Assembly: GCA_036172245.1 (NCBI GenBank)
Contig: JAYWIR010000019.1
Coordinates: forward strand, 434,001 to 498,000
DNA: 64,000 bases
Reading direction: 5' to 3'
From: Raillietiella orientalis
Taxonomy: Eukaryota
A model generated the notes under the pieces. The model was given only the letters and a program-made list of their open reading frames with translations. It searched no databases and was not told the origin of the DNA. A program made the position numbers and the translations under genes. Positions 59,530-64,000 of the stretch are shown here, piece after piece (position 1 is the first letter of the stretch; every line of letters begins with the position of its first letter).

Positions 59530-62050
59530 ATTGGCACCCATTTATGCCGGGGCATTCCTTACGTAATGTAATGTAATAAGAATACATTGCTGTGATAGGA
59601 CCGTTGGTTCTACCACGTGCAAGGAACCTGCCAGGGAGCTGTGCGCAGACCGGCAAGGTCCACTTCGGTAGCGTGGGAAAAGAAAAATCAAAAACAGGGG
59701 AGGGGAAATTGTACATGGGGAAAGAAAGAACGAGGAAAGGATCATGGCACGCTGCCAGGCGTCCTCTGCATCCTGTTCAGGATGCTGGCAAGTTCATATC
59801 GTCCAGATGGGGCCATCTCGAAGCTCTCCTCACGAAGATCCACGCCCAGTGGATTGCGTCCCTGCCATGCTGGTCTCCTCTGACCGTTCCAGGCCTCCAC
59901 CATCTCCCGGACGGGATAGCGGAGAACCTCGAGGGATGCGGCTGGAGGCGGTGCGGCACGCGCGAAGGGACGCCTGAAAATGTCCCTAGGGGGGCGCCCA
60001 TCGGAAATCTAGGACCATCGCGAGGCGAACTTAGGGGGGTCAGAGAGCAGCTCAGTCCAACAGAAGGTGAGGGAGGGTCTCCTCATTCCCGCACCTGGCG
60101 CACGCTGAGCGTCCACGCTTCCTCCCGTGTCTAGTGGTGAAGGCGCGCTTTGCACGGAATTCCCCCGTGCAACACCAGCAGCGCCAACTTCCGCCACTCG
60201 AGGGGGAGGGAGCCACTGTTCCAGCACGCTGGGTGCCACTTCATCCCCTCCAGAGGGATGTCGAGCAGCTCTCCGTAGCGTATAAGTCCGTGTGGTGGGA
60301 CACTCGGGGTCGCAGCGGTCGTCACCTCCCGAGTTGTCGGCGCCCCCAGAATTTTCTTCTTTACTGCAATGCAACAAGTCACCTCCCACCTTGCCGGGAT
60401 CACGCTGTCCCTTGCATCCCTTAGGGAGGGCAGCACTAGGGAAAGAGTGGTTTACGAGGGCAGGTTGCGGACGATCTCCTCCAACGACTTGAGTTGATGC
60501 CTCGTTGCAGTCAGAGGCGTACCCCGCCTCACTGACGCCGTGGATCTTCCCCCCAGGCGAAGACCGACTCCTGGAGCCAGGCACTGCAGCTTGCAGGGAG
60601 GCAGGAGATCCAGGTGTTCTCCACCAGAGCAACCATATGGAGGAGTTGGTATCCGCAAGGTCACCTCAGCAATCTCTCACAGGAGACGAGGAGTAACGCA
60701 AGTCCCTCGCAGCCAGTTGCGCTCTTCGCGAGGAGCCGTGCTGGCGCGCACCAGGGCGTGGTCCATAATCTCGTCGTAAGGGTGAGTCTTCTGATGACGG
60801 TGCATCCTCTTCAGCATGAGGAGACCCATCCCCACCGTCCCAACGAGGAGCACACAAGTCTTTGAGTCGAACTCGGGATCTCCATGTGTCCCGCAGGACT
60901 TTTCTCAGGAGGTCCTCGGCCCTTCCTCTTGACGTCAGGTGGGGAGGGCAAACGAAAAGCAGGGGGCAGAAGGGGGGAGCCTCGAACGCGTTCCGCACCG
61001 CGGTCCGTTCCTGCAATTGAAACCTGCCGTTCTGGAACGAGTCGAAAGCCATCTCCATTCTTTGGAGACGGCCGGACCAGGGTGCTGCTGCGATGCCGAA
61101 CGGAACGCCAAGGTGCTTGAAGTACCCGGCCATGGGGATTCCCAGGCGGATACAGTCCTGCCGTCTGGCACACGCTGCAACCACTGGCACCAAGGACGAC
61201 TCCACCCTGGCCGCCTAGGTGGGCCCAGGGTGATGGAAACTCTTCCGGGTTCTTCTGTTTCGCTGCTTTCCTTCCGGCTTCTTTTTTTTTTTTTTCCAGG
61301 TTTTCTTTTTCTCCTTTTCTTTTTGGTTCCCCAAGTGCCGAAGAACCGTCCGCCTCCTCGAGAGGCAGGGGGGGAGGAATCACGAAGCTCTTCAACGCTG
61401 TCCACGCCGCCTGAGGGTGCGTGTGACCCTTCAAGTTCGGGGGTGACCCCGGAAGGAAACCACTCTGGAAATCCAGGAAAGGCTCCCGAGGGAAGGAATC
61501 TGCTCCTCCCTTACTCTTGTGAGGAAACCTTGGAAGGGGCGACTTCCTCGTTTCTTCTCCGGAGGGAGCCCCAGGAAAGGACCTGCTCCTCGTTTCATCC
61601 TCCTCTGAAGAGAACCCTGAAGGCACGCTTCCCGATTTCCCAGAAGGGCGCTCCCCGGAAGGAGCAGTGCTCTTCTGGTACTCTGGAGAGGCCCCCCCCG
61701 AGGGGGATATTGACCGGCTTCATGGTAGAGGCCCCATTTTCACAACCGGAAGGGGAAGAGGAACTCCGAAGAGCTCTTCGATTCTTGGAAGGACCCTGGA
61801 AGGTCGACTTCCGATCCCATCCGCTCAACGGGGGCCAACGGAGGCCAACCCGCGTCATCTAGAGGGGAAGGGACTCAAAACCCGCGGCGCCCTCCCCCTC
61901 CGACCCTTCCCTAGGCAGCAGAATTCGAAGCCGTGACGTCCGGTGCCGTGCCTTGCGGAGGCCGCAGCCGTGCGGGCTTCGGTTGCTCCGATCCTTCGCG
62001 CCCGGTGGCACGTGGGGCGAACTTCTAGGATGGCTCGTCGCCACTTCTGC
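59530..62050 (-). mobile_element. L1/Tx1-like element (copy C): ORF1-like repeats and Lys-rich segment joined to RT C-terminus, post-RT region, zf-RVT and 3'UTR
   Basis: YFKHLGVPFG (RT YLG), RSRVRLKDLCAPRWDGG, AATPSVPPHGLIRYGELLDIP, LVLHGGIPCKARLHH. The 3'UTR is homologous to copies A and B. Confidence 0.8.
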
Positions 62051-62643
62051 TCTTTAACCCCCGCCGAGATGGTCGGAATTGCAATCTCCTGGGGGTGGGG
62101 GAGTGGGAAGGCAGCATCTAGTTTCGGTTGCCTCAGGCGTTCCTTCGAAGAACCGCGATCTGCGGTTGTTCGCCATTTCGTGGTGCCGCGCCCCGTTCCT
62201 CCTCGCGCGGAGCGGGACCGTGCAGGCGGATGCGGATTTCCGATGTTGGGAAGACGGGGGAAAATCCTCAGAATGGCATCCCCTGAACGGTTCCAGGATC
62301 GCCACAGCCTCCGCCCAGTGGCAAAAGCGTAGTCTCCATCCTGCACGATCCCGCGGATCGAATTCACTTCCCTTGGCGTGGTATCAGTTCAGCTGTTTGT
62401 TTAAAAAAAACACAAACACGCGATTCCAGTAGGATCGGTGCTCCATTTTATTCTCATTTTCGTGAATGAAAGGCCCCAAGAAGATCCAGTTCTCCGCAAC
62501 GGACACAAAATTCCAAAACCCTGATTGAAACGAAACTACGATTAAACATCCACAAAACTCTAAAAGCGTTTTTTTTTTTTTTTTTTTTTTCTACCTTCAG
62601 TCAACTAATAAATAAACGCCCAACGTATCCCTCCGTTTATCCA

Positions 62644-62775
62644 CGCGCAGGCTCCTGTAACACGGAACGCATTCTCCCCGTTAATCCACGGTCAGGGAAC
62701 CTGAGCTTCTGCGTTATAGGAGCCTGCGCGCGCATTAATCAGCAGAGTGCCTTCCGCGTTATAGGAGCCTGAGCG
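62644..62775. repeat. short inverted/direct repeat cluster (~40-bp unit)
   Basis: GCGCAGGCTCCTGTAACACGGAA, followed by two reverse-complement copies TTC(T/C)GCGTTATAGGAGCCTG at 62707 and 62752. Confidence 0.75.
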
Positions 62776-62799
62776 AAGATTAACAGTTGGAGAGTAGAC

Positions 62800-64000
62800 C
62801 CCTGTTGAGTCCCAATCTGCATAAAGGCAGCAGTGCCTTGGAGACAAAGCATGCAGATCGAATTATTTACTTCCTCCCAGTCCGGTGGCGTTCACGACGC
62901 CCATCTTCTGCTTGCGCGGCGAGTGCCATATCAACGGCATTGGCTGGTCCATTCAGCTCCAAATGCCTCCGCCAATCCTATCGTCGGACTGAAGAGCAAG
63001 AGCCTCCGTGGGCATCCCTGCTCAACTGCCATGAAGATCATGGTGTTTCGCGGAGCGTGCGGTGCGCATTGCAAAGAGTCACGCGCGTTCCTCGTACAGA
63101 TGTTTCGGCATTCCTTCAAAGGTTCCTCCCGCTTGTCTCGCCCGCAAGGCACCATGCGGCGGTTCACTCGGTATCACCCCGGACGCACCGGCTGGGTAGG
63201 GAAACTGGGTGCGGGTGCTCTGTGGGGCGTTCCTTGGGCCGCCGTCTCGCCTGCGTCACGGAGCCCCGTCCGAGGACTCCGCCGGACAGAGGGAACTCTT
63301 CCCGCTTTCTTGGACAGAAGACCTCATTGTCCCTCATCCATTTCTGCAGCCTTCGCGAGGGGCACCTCTCGTGGAGGAGACGAGGACAGCCACCCACCTA
63401 CTCCTCACTGAAGATGATGTCAGAAACGGATGGAAGTTCTCAGTCGCTTCCGAATCGCCGGGATCGGAGGTGGAGGTGAGCGACAGGCTCCCACCGTTTG
63501 TACGTCGCTCCATCCCAACCTGGTGATGAAGTCTCCGTTTGAGTGGAGTCGTGGCTTCCTCTTCCGCCCCGAAAGGTGAAGGATCCACTAAGGAGGCGGG
63601 AGCTCCGTCCGGACGATCTCCAGACACCCTATTTCTTCAGAAGGGATCCCATATTGCTCATCTGAAGACGCGGCCCTGTGTTTCCTTCCTTTATCATCCA
63701 TACCCCGGACTGTCCTCGAATGCCCCTTTGTACCCTTTGCTTCTGCGTTCACACCTGCACATTTCCACGTGATGCGGCACGTCTCGCACGGACAGACTCG
63801 CAGGAGGCTAACGGCTGGAGACATTCGAAATACCCATCCGTCCTGCTTTCTCTACTGCCGCCATGACACCTTGCTTTTCTCCAGGATTGTGAGGTCACTT
63901 TCTTCAGCCACGTCATCATTTCCAGATTTCCTAACTCATCCCACATTACCTTGGACCGGGTGGTTGCATCCATACGTCGAACGTCCTTCCTATTGCTCTT
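62800..64000 (-). pseudogene. possible Ty1/copia pre-integrase/integrase relic
   Basis: In order: SWRKARCH (WH.RLGH-like), CETC, HPFLTSSSVRSRWVAV (YFLTFIDD.SR..WV-like), CVRGDTE, APHAPRNT...VEQ and LLLFS...LAEA. Spacing is imperfect. Confidence 0.3.

Overview
Eukaryotic DNA, probably arthropod (degenerate TTAGG arrays, mariner and piggyBac relics). No prokaryotic genes, rRNA, intact tRNA or CRISPR array were found. Most of the window is a GC/CpG-rich collection of heavily decayed transposons, mainly about ten fragments of L1/Tx1-like non-LTR retrotransposons in both orientations. It also holds a piggyBac pseudogene, a palindromic mariner derivative, and weaker BEL-, copia-, Sola- and gag-like relics. 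Short AT-rich islands interrupt this. Nearly all long ORFs in the supplied track are GC-driven or antisense artefacts. The one well-supported host gene is split by an intron and so is only partly visible in the ORF track: a compact spliced gene at about 43.0-44.3 kb (+) predicted to encode an 87-aa protein with a signal peptide, an acidic ectodomain and a GPI-anchor-like tail, with an alternative in-frame donor giving a 55-aa form. Other notable items: an internally deleted Tx1-like element joining ORF1 zinc knuckles directly to the post-RT domain; a 3' terminal motif shared by three LINE copies; a mariner palindrome with homogenised inner arms; a head-to-head TTAGG/CCTAA junction; and many inverted repeats. 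All alignments and translations were done by eye, so identities and boundaries are approximate.
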